Assembly (NCBI GenBank): GCA_963808675.1
Contig: CAWEGS010000007.1
Coordinates: 457,760-521,759 of the forward strand
Direction: 5' to 3'
DNA: 64,000 bases
Source: an uncultured Solirubrobacteraceae bacterium
Lineage (GTDB): Bacteria; Actinomycetota; Thermoleophilia; Solirubrobacterales; Solirubrobacteraceae
Numbering within the stretch: the stretch's first letter is position 1; every line of letters begins with the position of its first letter. Positions 1 to 9,182 of this stretch are shown here, piece by piece. The notes under the pieces are model-generated. The model was not told the origin of the DNA. It searched no databases and was given only the letters and a program-made list of their open reading frames with translations. A program made the position numbers and the translations under genes.

Positions 1-91
1 CGAACAGGAAGCCCTCGGCACAGATCACCGGCCCGGCGTCGAGGCGCGCGGTCAGGTCCCCGCTCGGACCCTCATGGGTGGACTCGGTCAT
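1..91 (-). CDS. Homocysteine S-methyltransferase family protein (BHMT-like), 5' part only; runs off the window edge
   Basis: Not in the ORF track. My translation from the ATG at 91 is MTESTHEGPSGDLTARLDAGPVICAEGFLF, matching the N-terminal 'GPVICAEG(Y/F)LF' motif of bacterial BHMT-like enzymes. A GAGGAG RBS precedes the ATG and a B12 riboswitch lies upstream. Confidence 0.8.
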   Translation of the reverse strand, partial: MTESTHEGPSGDLTARLDAGPVICAEGFLF

Positions 92-240
92 GTATTGCTC
101 CTCAGTGGTGAAGGGACGGATCGTCCCACGAGAGAGCAGACAGTCGGACGTCGACCACCGTACGCGACGCCAGCCGCGACCGCGAGTGGTGACGGCATCC
201 CTGGCGATGCGCGCAGGCATGATCGGTCGGCACAGGCCCT

Positions 241-415
241 CCAGCTCTCGTGGATCGGCACTACACGACGATGCAGACGATCTCCTGACTCCCACCTCGA
301 GCGCTCTGAGCCAGCCTTCCCAGGCCGGGGCCCAGTGGCGACGTGGGGTTCGAGCTCTCTGGTCACAGTGGCGAGGACCGTGTCGGACTTGCACCGGCTT
401 CCCGGCTCTGCATCG
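241..415 (-). ncRNA. Cobalamin (AdoCbl-type) riboswitch
   Basis: The minus strand reads GGGAAGCCGGTGCAAGTCCGACACGGTCCTCGCCACTGTGA...GCCACTG...GGGAAGG...GAGTCAGGAGA (B12 box). A 9-bp P1 stem pairs 407-415 with 269-277. A P13-like hairpin CCACGAGAGCTGG sits at 241-253, and a -10 TACACT at 424-429. Confidence 0.93.
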
Positions 416-504
416 CCATCACGAGTGTAGCCGCCGATCACGAAGCCGTGCAGCGGGACGTCGTGGAGCCGGAGACCTGATGCGGGCAGGCTCCGTCCGA
501 CCGG

Positions 505-1099
505 ATGTTGCGCTTACCCCGGGCGTGCGTACTCGTGGTCGCGACGCTCATGTGCGGGGCGCTGCTGGGGAGTTGCGCGGGAAGCTCGCACAGTTCCACC
601 GCGGCCCGCGGCCGACCACAGTCATGGCCGTGGCGAGCGGCGCCGCGCTGACGCCCACCGCGTCGTCCGGCGCCACTTTGTACTGCGGGTACGACCCCTG
701 CTACACCCCCGGGCAGTTCCGGGTCGCGTCTGGCATCCAGCCGTTGCTGGACAGCGGGATCGCCGGGCGTGGCGAGACGGTCTGTGGTCCTCGTCCCGGC
801 CGCACGCCGCGGCCGGTATCCCGCGGATTCGTGAGCATTTGGCGAGCTTTGACCGCACGTTTCGGTTGCCTCCCGCGCGGATCGAGGTCGTGAGCAGCCT
901 CGCAGGGTCAGGCTCGCCCTGGCGGGCCGAGGAGGAGGAAGTCAACGACACCGAGTTCGTGCACGCGGTCGCGCCCGCCGCGACGCTCCGGGTGTTCCAG
1001 TTCCCCACCAACGCGATTGAGAGCCCGGCAAAGGGGCCCCCGAAGGAGGTTCCGCAGCGTCCAGCGCGGGCCCCTGGCGATGGTCTCAAGAGTGACTGA
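505..1099 (+). pseudogene. Truncated, frameshifted S53 (sedolisin/kumamolisin-like) peptidase with lipoprotein-like signal
   Basis: Pieces in three frames: MLRLPRACVLVVATLMCGALLGSC (lipobox); CYTPGQFRVASGIQPLLDSGIAGRGETV; FDRTFRLPPARIEVV...EEVNDTEFVHAVAPAATLRV (ExxxD motif). The catalytic Ser region is absent. Confidence 0.65.
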
Positions 1100-1139
1100 A
1101 TGCTCCGCCGCCTTTGAGGCCGGCGAGCCCGACTCGGGA

Positions 1140-1187
1140 TTGACAATGTGGCAGCATTCGTTCATACTTAGGTGAATGCCTAAGTAT
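1140..1187 (+). promoter_or_regulatory. Sigma-70 promoter plus palindromic ArsR-type operator overlapping a probably leaderless start codon
   Basis: TTGACA (1140-1145), 17 nt, CATACT (1163-1168). The palindrome ATACTTAGG-N6-CCTAAGTAT (1164-1187) spans the ATG at 1176. Confidence 0.75.
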
Positions 1188-1523
1188 CAGGGACTCGATC
1201 AAATGTTCCATGCGCTCGTCGACGGCAGCCGGCGCGCGATGGTCGAGCGGCTCTCGCGCGGTCCGGCGTCCGTCAGCGAGCTGGCCCGGCCGTTTGACAT
1301 GGCGCTCCCCACGATCGTCCAGCACCTGGGGGTCCTGGAGGCGGCGGGCATCGTCACCTCGACCAAGGTCGGCCGGGTCCGCACCTATCAGCTGGTCCCG
1401 GGGGCAATGAAACCGGCCTCGGACTGGATCGGCCGGCAGCGGCTGCCGGCCGAACGCCGGCTGGAGCGCCTCGGCACGTTCCTCGACAGCACCAATCCGT
1501 CCACATCTACTTCCAAGGAGTGA
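1176..1523 (+). CDS. ArsR/SmtB family transcriptional regulator
   Basis: FHALVDGSRRAMVERLSRGPASVSELA...QHLGVLEAAGIV...KVGRVRTY; translationally coupled to an SRPBCC gene. Confidence 0.92.
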   Translation: MPKYQGLDQMFHALVDGSRRAMVERLSRGPASVSELARPFDMALPTIVQHLGVLEAAGIVTSTKVGRVRTYQLVPGAMKPASDWIGRQRLPAERRLERLGTFLDSTNPSTSTSKE

Positions 1524-2003
1524 CCGAAATGAGTGACACCATCGAGCGCAGCCAGACCCACGCGACGTTTGTCATCGAGCGCAGCTACTCGGCTCCGGTC
1601 GAAACCGTCTGGCACGCGTTGTCGGACAACGACGCGCGCGACCACTGGTTCAGCGCCGACTCGGCGTTCGACGCCCACGAGAAGTCGCACGACTTCCGGG
1701 TCGGCGGGCATGGGACCGAGGAAGGCCAGTGGCATGGGCGGCCCGAGGTCGCGCTTCTTCTCGACTTACACGGACATCGTGGAGCCACGGCGGATCGTGT
1801 TCACCTACGACATGTGGGTCGACGAGCGGCACCTGTCGACCTCTCTGACCACGATTGCGCTGGAGCCCGAGGGCGACCAGACGCGACTGACGTACACCGA
1901 GCAAGGCGTCCACTTCGACGGCCTCGACAGCGTCGAGGGCCGGGAGGAGGGCACCCGGGGACTGCTGGAGCAACTCGCCTCCCACCTCGCCGGCGGCCGC
2001 TGA
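1520..2003 (+). CDS. SRPBCC/AHSA1-like (START) domain protein, frameshifted near 1740
   Basis: HATFVIERSYSAPVETVWHAL...HDFRVGG in one frame continues as YTDIVEPRRIVFTYDM...TRLTYTEQG...REEGTRGLLEQL in another. Confidence 0.85.
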
Positions 2004-2040
2004 AGCCCGCCCTCATCGAGCGGCAGACTACCCATGACCG

Positions 2041-2180
2041 CCCGTCATCCTCGGCGTCGGGATGCGTCTGCTCAGCCCGCAACTCGGGCTGGACGGCCGC
2101 GAGGGGATCGGGCTCACGCCCGACCGAGTCATCGCCACCCCCGATATCACGCACGTGCGCTACAAGCTCAACGGTCGCCG
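2041..2180 (+). pseudogene. C-terminal remnant of a dihydrofolate reductase-like (RibD C-terminal) protein
   Basis: PVILGVGMRL...IGLTPDRVIATPDITHVRY resembles the family C-terminus. ArsR-SRPBCC-DHFR-like is a common gene triad. Confidence 0.5.
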
Positions 2181-2244
2181 CCCGCCGGGCGCTTGGGGGC
2201 GACCACCGGCCGCTTCTCGTCGCTCGCCGAGCGCGCCACATGAG

Positions 2245-2293
2245 CCTTTTCGTTACACGGTGCCACCAGCGGCCGTCTCGTGTCACGAAAAGG
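2245..2293. repeat. 15-bp inverted repeat (REP-like hairpin)
   Basis: CCTTTTCGTTACACG (2245-2259) and CGTGTCACGAAAAGG (2279-2293), one mismatch. Confidence 0.7.
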
Positions 2294-2383
2294 TCCACCC
2301 GCAGGGTCCCCCGGGGGCGCGAGGGGACGGGGCGGCCGACGACGTGCCGCGACTCAGGAAACCATCAGATCCTGGCCGATTTG

Positions 2384-2835
2384 ACCCGCCCGCGGAAGAC
2401 CGAAGGCCAGGACAACTGATGGGCAAATCGCCGCGATTCGCTGTGAAGCAAGATTAACCACTAACCGGTGTCACGGCGTCGTGGCACCCGCGGGGCGGAC
2501 CGCCAAGGGCCTGGGTATGTGGCGGGAAAAATAGGCCCGTTAGATACCCAGGCTCACCGAAAACGGCTGCGCGCCGGGGGAGGACCGCGCCGGCGCCGCA
2601 CGCCCCCCCGCGCCCCCCGCGTGCTGCCGCGGGCGCCCGCCGGCTCCGGCCGCGAGCGCCGCTCCGCCGAGCGCCCCGCCGCCCGCCCCCCGGGTTCCCC
2701 GCCGGCCGCCCGCGCCGGCCCGGCCTGAGTACCGGACCGAAAATAGCCGGGATCCCTCTTATCTCAAGAGTGACCACCAACCGGTGTCGCGCGTCATTTT
2801 CACCCGCCCGCGGAAGACCGACGGCCAGGACAACT
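2384..2835. repeat. 34-bp direct repeat pair with further degenerate copies, flanking a T-poor, C-rich low-complexity tract
   Basis: ACCCGCCCGCGGAAGACCGA(A/C)GGCCAGGACAACT at 2384-2417 and 2802-2835; ACCAC(T/C)AACCGGTGTC at 2457 and 2773. Confidence 0.75.
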
Positions 2836-3706
2836 AACGCCAATCTCGGACCGCCCGTCCGAGGGTCGGGCTGACCTCGGTTCTGAGAAGAGGCGCCAGC
2901 GACGCCGCCGTGGCCTCGCCGGCGTCGACGCGATCCCTCGAGTGAAAGCAATCCCAGAAGCGAACCAGTCCGTCCTCACCGTCGACCTCGAACATCTTCG
3001 CCGCGAGCCGCTGCCAGCGATACTGAAACCACACGTAGTTCAGCGGGCTCATCGAATCATCAGAACCCGTGTAGTGGGCTTGCAGCTCCTCGAGCGTGCT
3101 GTAGCCCTCGGCGCGCATCCGAGCGGCAAGCTTTCGACTTCCCGCTCCCACGGTGGAGAGCACCTCGAGCGTCGGCAGACTCGCCGGCAGCCGGGTGGCG
3201 ACGAACGCGTGCAAGGCCAAGTTGACGAAGATCTCGCTGAGCCAGAAGGTCGGTAGGCGCAGATCTCCGAGCCCCTCAAATGCGTGGCCGAGCTCATGAA
3301 TCGTGATGAGGTCGAAGAACGGCTGCAAGTCGACGCCACCTGCGCCGTCCGGGTATGTGGCGAGCAACTTCGCATACCCGCGGGGTGACGCGTCGCGGAG
3401 GTCCTGGGCGATCGCGCTCCAGAAGTCTCCGCCCCCGGCTGGCATCACCACAACGCCGGGACGGATCTCGCCGGCATCATCGGTGAAGAACGGCAGCCCG
3501 TACGGCAGGCCGCTATCCGGCCAGTCCGCCTCGTCGGCCACGACCACCGCGATGTCCGGCTCAACTGCAGAGAACAGGCGACCGAAGTAGACGTAGGCGT
3601 CCGCGGCGACATCGGCCGCCGCCGTCGCCCGCACCAGCGCTCCGTCGCTATAGCGCACCTCGAACGGATAACCATCCAGCTGCGGAAGCTCCGATCCAAC
3701 CGCCAC
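2834..3706 (-). CDS. Hypothetical protein with gluzincin-like metallopeptidase motif
   Basis: 290-aa ORF containing LITIHELGHAF...FWLSE (HExxH plus a downstream Glu). Confidence 0.7.
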   Translation of the reverse strand: MAVGSELPQLDGYPFEVRYSDGALVRATAAADVAADAYVYFGRLFSAVEPDIAVVVADEADWPDSGLPYGLPFFTDDAGEIRPGVVVMPAGGGDFWSAIAQDLRDASPRGYAKLLATYPDGAGGVDLQPFFDLITIHELGHAFEGLGDLRLPTFWLSEIFVNLALHAFVATRLPASLPTLEVLSTVGAGSRKLAARMRAEGYSTLEELQAHYTGSDDSMSPLNYVWFQYRWQRLAAKMFEVDGEDGLVRFWDCFHSRDRVDAGEATAASLAPLLRTEVSPTLGRAVRDWR

Positions 3707-4611
3707 CCCGACGAGCCTAGCCTCAGCCCCGAGGCTGCGGCGCGCCAGGAACAGCGTCGCTGCCGGTCGTACATTCGCCAGATCTCGTCATAGACGTCTT
3801 GAGCGGCGAGGAAGGGCGCAAGCTCTTGCCCATCGTCCCAGCCGTAGGCGTCGAGCATCTCGCGGACGCAACGCGTGTCCGCTCCGCGGATGCGGAGACT
3901 GCCGACGGCGCTCGCCACGTCCCAGTGGACCGGGCCGCGAAACGTGTCCTCGAAGTCGTTCCAGACGCGCCGGCGCCGGGTGCGGAGCAGGTTGCGCAGC
4001 GAGACGTCCCCGTGCAGCGCCTGGGTCGGGAGGCTCGATTCAAAGACGACCGTTCCCAGCGCGCTCAGCCGCCCGCCAAGCGAGGAGATCGCGGCGCGCT
4101 GCTGGGCGTCGGCCGGTCGCAGCAGGCCGAGCAGACGCTCGATGTCGTCGCGCAGCTCACGTGACCCGCCCAGCTCGCGATCGTATGGCCGCAGTGCATC
4201 GTGCAGGTACCTCAGCATCCGACCAAGCTCACGCGCGTCATCGATGGAGACGGCTGAGTGGATCTCAGGGTCCGGCTCGACCTCGGGAACCCACTCCGTG
4301 AACGTCATCCACAGACCGTCGTGGCAGTGCGGCCCTGGCGCGATCAACCGGCTTGGTGACACGGCCAAGCCCGAAGGCATCAGGAACTCGAGCACGGAGA
4401 CCTCGCGCTCGAGCCACTGCCGCGGATCATCATGAAGCGCGACCGTTCCGGTCATCACGCGAGCGACGACCGGCGCGGGACGCAGATGCACGAGCACATT
4501 GCTTCCCGAGTAGATGACGACTGCCGCGTCCAGCTTCAGCCCCTGCGCGGAGGCGACCGTACTGGCCGCCGCCAGAGCACGTTGTTCGGGAGCGCTGAGC
4601 ATCTCGAGCAA
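3445..4611 (-). CDS. Aminoglycoside phosphotransferase-like kinase (recognisable homology ends near 3750; the read-through tail is probably a frameshift)
   Basis: GSNVLVHLRPAPVVARV, QALHGDVSLRN (Brenner motif), WNDFED, GPVHWD. Confidence 0.85.
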   Translation of the reverse strand: MLEMLSAPEQRALAAASTVASAQGLKLDAAVVIYSGSNVLVHLRPAPVVARVMTGTVALHDDPRQWLEREVSVLEFLMPSGLAVSPSRLIAPGPHCHDGLWMTFTEWVPEVEPDPEIHSAVSIDDARELGRMLRYLHDALRPYDRELGGSRELRDDIERLLGLLRPADAQQRAAISSLGGRLSALGTVVFESSLPTQALHGDVSLRNLLRTRRRRVWNDFEDTFRGPVHWDVASAVGSLRIRGADTRCVREMLDAYGWDDGQELAPFLAAQDVYDEIWRMYDRQRRCSWRAAASGLRLGSSGWRLDRSFRSWMVIRSRCAIATERWCGRRRRPMSPRTPTSTSVACSLQLSRTSRWSWPTRRTGRIAACRTGCRSSPMMPARSVPALW

Positions 4612-4631
4612 TCAGGCCGCTCGAACGGCGC

Positions 4632-6068
4632 TCAGGTCCGGCTCGGACGACCGCGCCGCTTGAAGTACTCCGCCTCGGCCTCGCCGAGTGGCGTCGCCGG
4701 CGGCTCGCCGTACAGGTACTCGGCTGCGATCGCGCCCCAATCGGCACCGGCCCGGAGCTGACCGAGCACGACGCCGACGATCGCGTGCATTCGCCGGATG
4801 AGGATCGTCTCGGCCGGCAGTGTGAACTGGCTCAGCTGGTCCCGGACCTCGACCTGACGGTCCTCGTCCACCAGTCGGCGCTCGCGGCGACGACGGCCTT
4901 GCTCGCCGGAGAAGCGACGCTCACCGGGGACCGCGTACCACCGCGTCGCCCGCCGGATGAGCTTCAGCGCCAGCCGGTCGTCGACCAGCTCCGCCCCGTC
5001 GGAGGTCAGATACGCGCCCGCGACCATCGCGGACTTCAGCGCCGCCGCATCCCCGGCACGGACAGCGTGCGCCATCCCGCGCTCGGCGTCGGCGCGCGCG
5101 GCGCTGACATCTCGGAGCAGTCCGTAGTCGAGAAAGCCGACGCGGCCGTCCGGACCCAACAGGTAGTTGCCGGGATGCGGGTCGCCGAGCGCGATCCGGT
5201 CGCAGTACAGCAGGCCGAAGTAGAAGCGGAAGACGATCTCGCCATAGCTGTCGCGGTGCGCCTCGTCGAGGCGGCGAACCGCCTCGAACCGCTCGCCCTC
5301 GATGTACTCGGACACCAGCACCCGGCGCGTCGAGAGCTCGGTGTTGACCGCAGGCACGGAGATGAACGGGTGGCCGCGACGCAGCCGCGCGATCCGCCGC
5401 TGGTTCTGCGCCTCGAGCTCGTAGTCGAGCTCCTCGGCGATCCGCTCGCGCAGCTCCGAGGCGAGCGCCTTCGCATCGAGGCTGGGCGCGAGCCGCTTGA
5501 CCAGCGGCAGCAGCAGCATCGCGTTGCGCAGGTCGGTCTCGACCGCCTCCGCGACCCCCGGGTACTGGACCTTGACGACCACATCGTCGCCGTCGAGCGT
5601 CGTCGCTCGGTGGACCTGGCCGATCGACGCCGCCGCGAACGCGCGCTCGTCGAACTCGGAGAAGACGCGACTGAGCGGTCCGCCGAACTCGTCTCGCATC
5701 AGCCGCTCGAGCTTCGAGAACGGGACCGGCGGGACGTCATCGCGGAGCTCGGCGAGCTTCGCCTGGAGCGCGTCACGCTCGTCTTCGGGGAGGCCGTTGA
5801 ACTCGACCATCGAGAGCATCTGCCCGACCTTCATCGCCGCCCCACGCATCTGTCCGAGCTGCTCGACGAGCTGGTTGACGAGCGCGGCGGTGCGCTCGTT
5901 CTGCGCAGCGGCGGCGCGCTCCGGCGAGCGGACGCGATTCGCCGTCCGCATGCCAGCCCACCGCAGTCCCTGGCCGGTCACCAGCCCCCCGACCCGGGCG
6001 GTCCGCGCGATCCGCCCGGTCGGCAGCCTTCCCGCTTCGGGCGGTGGTTCCTTGGCCTCGGTGGTCAT
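4632..6068 (-). CDS. ABC1/UbiB/AarF family atypical kinase
   Basis: RGAAMKVGQ, AAASIGQVH, VVVKVQYPG, EELDY, GDPHPGN, LDYG. Confidence 0.93.
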   Translation of the reverse strand: MTTEAKEPPPEAGRLPTGRIARTARVGGLVTGQGLRWAGMRTANRVRSPERAAAAQNERTAALVNQLVEQLGQMRGAAMKVGQMLSMVEFNGLPEDERDALQAKLAELRDDVPPVPFSKLERLMRDEFGGPLSRVFSEFDERAFAAASIGQVHRATTLDGDDVVVKVQYPGVAEAVETDLRNAMLLLPLVKRLAPSLDAKALASELRERIAEELDYELEAQNQRRIARLRRGHPFISVPAVNTELSTRRVLVSEYIEGERFEAVRRLDEAHRDSYGEIVFRFYFGLLYCDRIALGDPHPGNYLLGPDGRVGFLDYGLLRDVSAARADAERGMAHAVRAGDAAALKSAMVAGAYLTSDGAELVDDRLALKLIRRATRWYAVPGERRFSGEQGRRRRERRLVDEDRQVEVRDQLSQFTLPAETILIRRMHAIVGVVLGQLRAGADWGAIAAEYLYGEPPATPLGEAEAEYFKRRGRPSRT

Positions 6069-6083
6069 TGACGTGTCAGTCAA
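6068..6083. promoter_or_regulatory. Palindrome TTGAC-N6-GTCAA at the ABC1 kinase start (candidate repressor operator)
   Basis: TTGACGTGTCAGTCAA abuts the ATG at 6068. Confidence 0.45.
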
Positions 6084-6241
6084 GCAGGCGGGCGCATCGG
6101 GCCTGTGAAAGCGCGCGCTCGCCGCCAGGCGCGATGCCTATGTGGCTACAGCGCGATCGCGCCCCGGGGCGTGCCGTCTACCGCCTCCGCAGCGGCGGCT
6201 CGAGGCCGCGCGGTCCGGCCGGCCACGGAGGAGAGGTTGAT

Positions 6242-7003
6242 TCAGTCGGACTGCGGACCAGAAGTCTCCTCGAGCAGGCGCAGGAACCGTGCGGCGAACA
6301 GGTAAGCGTCGCCCGGCCAGCGCGCGGATAGGTAGTGACCGTCCTGGACGACGAAAGCAGGGCTGTCGTCCGTGGCGGTGCCCCGACGCTGGGTGCGCGG
6401 GCCACGGACGAACTGGCTCGGGTCGTTCAGGGCGGCTGTGACCTCGTCCTGGACGTACGCCGGGTAGGTTCGGTAGTAGCGGCCCAGCCTCCACGCCGTG
6501 AGGTAGTAGGCCCCTCGTTCCATGTACTTCGGCAGGCAGGTGGTCCTCCGATCCGCGATCACGCTGCGCCCGGTACGCTCCTCGCGGGCGCGGGCCAACA
6601 CGAGAACGCCGTGGCAAATCGCGCCGACCGGCCGATCCAGCCTCCAGAACTCGGCCACCTTGCCTGCGAGCACCGTGGAGGAGAGGTACTGGCGCATGCC
6701 CGGCGCGTGGCCGCCTGGGAGCAGCAGAGCGTCATAGTCGCCGGGTCGCAGGTCCGCCCAGGCGAGCGGTTGCTGAAACGCCGTCGTCTCGACAAGCTGC
6801 CGGTAGAAGGCCTTCGGCTCTTCGTAGGCCCCGAGGCGGCCGAACAGGACCCCGTCGAGCAATCGCCTGTCCGCCGCGGGAGCCAAGCCCCCGTGCTCGG
6901 TGGCGAACACCGGGTCATGACCGGCGTTCGCCAGCAGCCGCCACGGCACCGAGACCTCGGTCACATCGAAATCGTGGTCCGGAAGCGGGATCAGGACTCG
7001 CAC
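6242..7003 (-). CDS. DJ-1/PfpI family (type 1 glutamine amidotransferase-like) protein
   Basis: DFDVTE, LLLPGGH, GAICHG (nucleophile Cys), SARWPGD. Confidence 0.9.
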   Translation of the reverse strand: MRVLIPLPDHDFDVTEVSVPWRLLANAGHDPVFATEHGGLAPAADRRLLDGVLFGRLGAYEEPKAFYRQLVETTAFQQPLAWADLRPGDYDALLLPGGHAPGMRQYLSSTVLAGKVAEFWRLDRPVGAICHGVLVLARAREERTGRSVIADRRTTCLPKYMERGAYYLTAWRLGRYYRTYPAYVQDEVTAALNDPSQFVRGPRTQRRGTATDDSPAFVVQDGHYLSARWPGDAYLFAARFLRLLEETSGPQSD

Positions 7004-7057
7004 CAGCGAAGCCTCTCAAAGCAGCCGCAGCGAAGCCTCTCAAAGCAGCTGCAGCGA
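7004..7057. repeat. 24-bp tandem duplication
   Basis: CAGCGAAGCCTCTCAAAGCAGC(C/T)G twice plus a partial third copy, directly upstream of the DJ-1 start. Confidence 0.8.
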
Positions 7058-7064
7058 CGCATCC

Positions 7065-7265
7065 TCACCCTTCCCCGTCGTGGTCGTGTTCGGGAGATTG
7101 CGTGATCGGAGCGCTCTCGGGTGGCCCATTGATCGCGCTCCGGAGCTCCCTGAGCCCCTGACCGAGGGACCGGCCCGCGGCGGGGAGCCGCTTGGGTCCC
7201 AGGAACACGAGGGCGACGATCATGATGATGAGCAGGTGGGACGGCTCGAGGATGCTGGTGAACAT
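7065..7265 (-). CDS. tatA: Sec-independent translocase TatA/TatE subunit
   Basis: HLLIIMIVALVFLGPKRLPAAGRSLGQGLRELR; RBS AAAGG. Confidence 0.88.
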   Translation of the reverse strand: MFTSILEPSHLLIIMIVALVFLGPKRLPAAGRSLGQGLRELRSAINGPPESAPITQSPEHDHDGEG

Positions 7266-7340
7266 GCTGGTGCCTTTCTGAGATGGCCGGCCGGCTGCGG
7301 CCCGAGCACGGACCGCAGCCGGAACCGATGAGTGGGGGCG

Positions 7341-8520
7341 CTAGTGACCGCTGCCGGCTTGGCGCTGGGCAGCGTCGGCTGCCCGGGCGAGCTTTCTGAT
7401 CGTGTTCAGGAACTTCGCTGATTGGCCTTCGAACAGGCGATCGGCGATGAAGCTCTCGATCGTCGCGGTCGCGCCTCCGAGGTCGTCGCGGGTGGACCAC
7501 GGAGCAGGCGGGCAGATCCCGGCGCAGGAATCCGCACGGCTCGGGGAGGATGAGGTTGGTCTGGTTGAGCTCGCCGCCCTTGGCGTTGAGATCCGGAAAG
7601 ACCAGGTGGGTGTCCGGATCGACGACTCCCGCCAGCGGTTGGGCGACCGCGTTGCCGGCTTTGTCGTGCCAGAGCGAGAAGTGATTGGTCTCGACCCCGC
7701 CGATCGACACGATGATGCGCAGGACCTCGAGGCTGGTCGCCCGGAGCGCCATGATGCTGTACAGGCTCGAGCCGCCCTGCTCGATGTACCCGAAGTGAAA
7801 GCCCGCCGTGTTGGCGATCGCCTGCATACGGTTCTGGCGTGCGTCCACGGGGGGCGCTGGTTGCTGCTGGTTCGGGGGTGTGTCGACGTCGTTGAGCGGG
7901 ATCGCCGGCTCGCCCTTGATCGTGACCGCCTGAGCGAAGCTCCCACCGAGATCGGGGTTGGCAGCAGACCGGTAGCGGGTGTACCAGCTCGTATCCACAT
8001 CGAGCTTGAGCAGGTTGGTCAGCCTGCCCTTCTGCTTGGCTCCCGTCGCCTTGCTGCTCGGCAGCGTCCGGAACGCGTCGAGGTTGACGGGGCTGGCGCC
8101 ACGGGAGCGCAGGTACGCATTGAGAAACGCCGCGTGACTCAGCTCGTCGTCGGTGTTATCGCTGATGTACTGGGGCATGTCGCCATCGAGATTCGACAGC
8201 GCAGCCATGTACGCCGGGTTGCCGCCGTTGGCGCCCCCGAGCTCGTTGTACTGCTCCCACAGGTCGACCTCGATCAGCTCGACCGCGGCCAGCAGGCGCA
8301 GGATCGCGACGTCGCCGGCGGTCAGCGCGCTACCGCGAGCCATCGCCGCGCCCGCGAACACGGCGCTACCGGGCACTGCGGCGACCCCGGCGAGTCCGAC
8401 ACCCCTGAGAAAGGATCGGCGCCCGAGAGCCCGTTGCAGTTGCCGCTGGAGCTCGTCGTCCTCTTCGCGAGCCCGAGGCTCAGGGTTAGGTGATGTGGTG
8501 TTGGTTGTGTCGTGATGCAT
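7341..8520 (-). CDS. Tat-exported ferritin-like domain protein, frameshifted near 7495
   Basis: Twin-arginine signal GRRSFL; carboxylate/His motifs ELIE, DDELSH, EQGG, ETNH. The C-terminus continues in the 7341..8000 frame. Confidence 0.85.
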
Positions 8521-8644
8521 GTCTACCTCGGTCGTGCCGTCGTGGATGGGGCCCGGTGCCCCGGTCGGGCTAGTGGTTATCGTCGGGGGACCCGAAGACC
8601 GCGATCGGCACGTGTGAACGCCGCGGGAGCGAACGCCGGTGGCG

Positions 8645-8998
8645 TCACGACTCGATCGCTGCGTTCTGGCTCGGGAGGAGCAGCGCTTCGAGGGCGGTGC
8701 GTCCCGCCGAGGCGACGGCGGCGTTCATGGTGAGCGCCCGTCCGCTGCCGCGCACTTCGGTCGCCTTCACGGCATCGAGAACCGCAAGCTGCGCGATGGC
8801 CAGCGTGCGAGTCGGGTGAATGTTGGCGGGCTGACCGGCGGGAAGCAGGTTGAGAAGCTCCTGGTTCCACTGGATGACCTGGTCTGGCTGGGTCGCGCTC
8901 GTGACCGCCCGCGGGCGGTGCCCGGACGGCCGGGCGAGCGATGTGGCGGCGAGCGCGAGGCTGGCCAGGATGGCGACGAGCGTCACGCTGCGTTTCAT
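8645..8998 (-). pseudogene. N-terminal fragment of a secreted vanadium haloperoxidase/PAP2-like protein
   Basis: Signal peptide followed by DQVIQWNQELL...HPTRTLAIAQLAVLDAV; no C-terminal PSGH catalytic region. Confidence 0.6.
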
Positions 8999-9033
8999 CT
9001 GTGCGTCCCTTCGGTGAGAGGTGTTGACAAGTA

Positions 9034-9092
9034 CTACGACCTCTAGGACGACACAACGTAGAAGATCCTTCCCGATCTGCTACGCTACGTAG
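9034..9092. promoter_or_regulatory. Cluster of CTACG-N3-CGTAG palindromes in a divergent promoter region
   Basis: Perfect copy at 9080-9092, variants at 9034-9046 and 9049-9061; TTGACA at 9024-9029. Confidence 0.55.
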
Positions 9093-9182
9093 TGGAACAT
9101 GGTGAGGCTCCCCGACATCGACGCGTACGGTCCTCCTGCCACCGGCTGGGTGTTCCAGGGACATCGGCGTCAGGGGGGAGTG

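Noticed and set aside
92-260. Second (SAM-I-like) riboswitch in tandem, suggested by ATC..GAGAG..GGAGGG
   Set aside because: No GGCAACC or GTGC core is present; the sequence is explained as P13 and the expression platform of the cobalamin riboswitch.
2384-2835. CRISPR array
   Set aside because: Only two good repeat copies, 418 bp apart, with irregular spacing and no cas genes.
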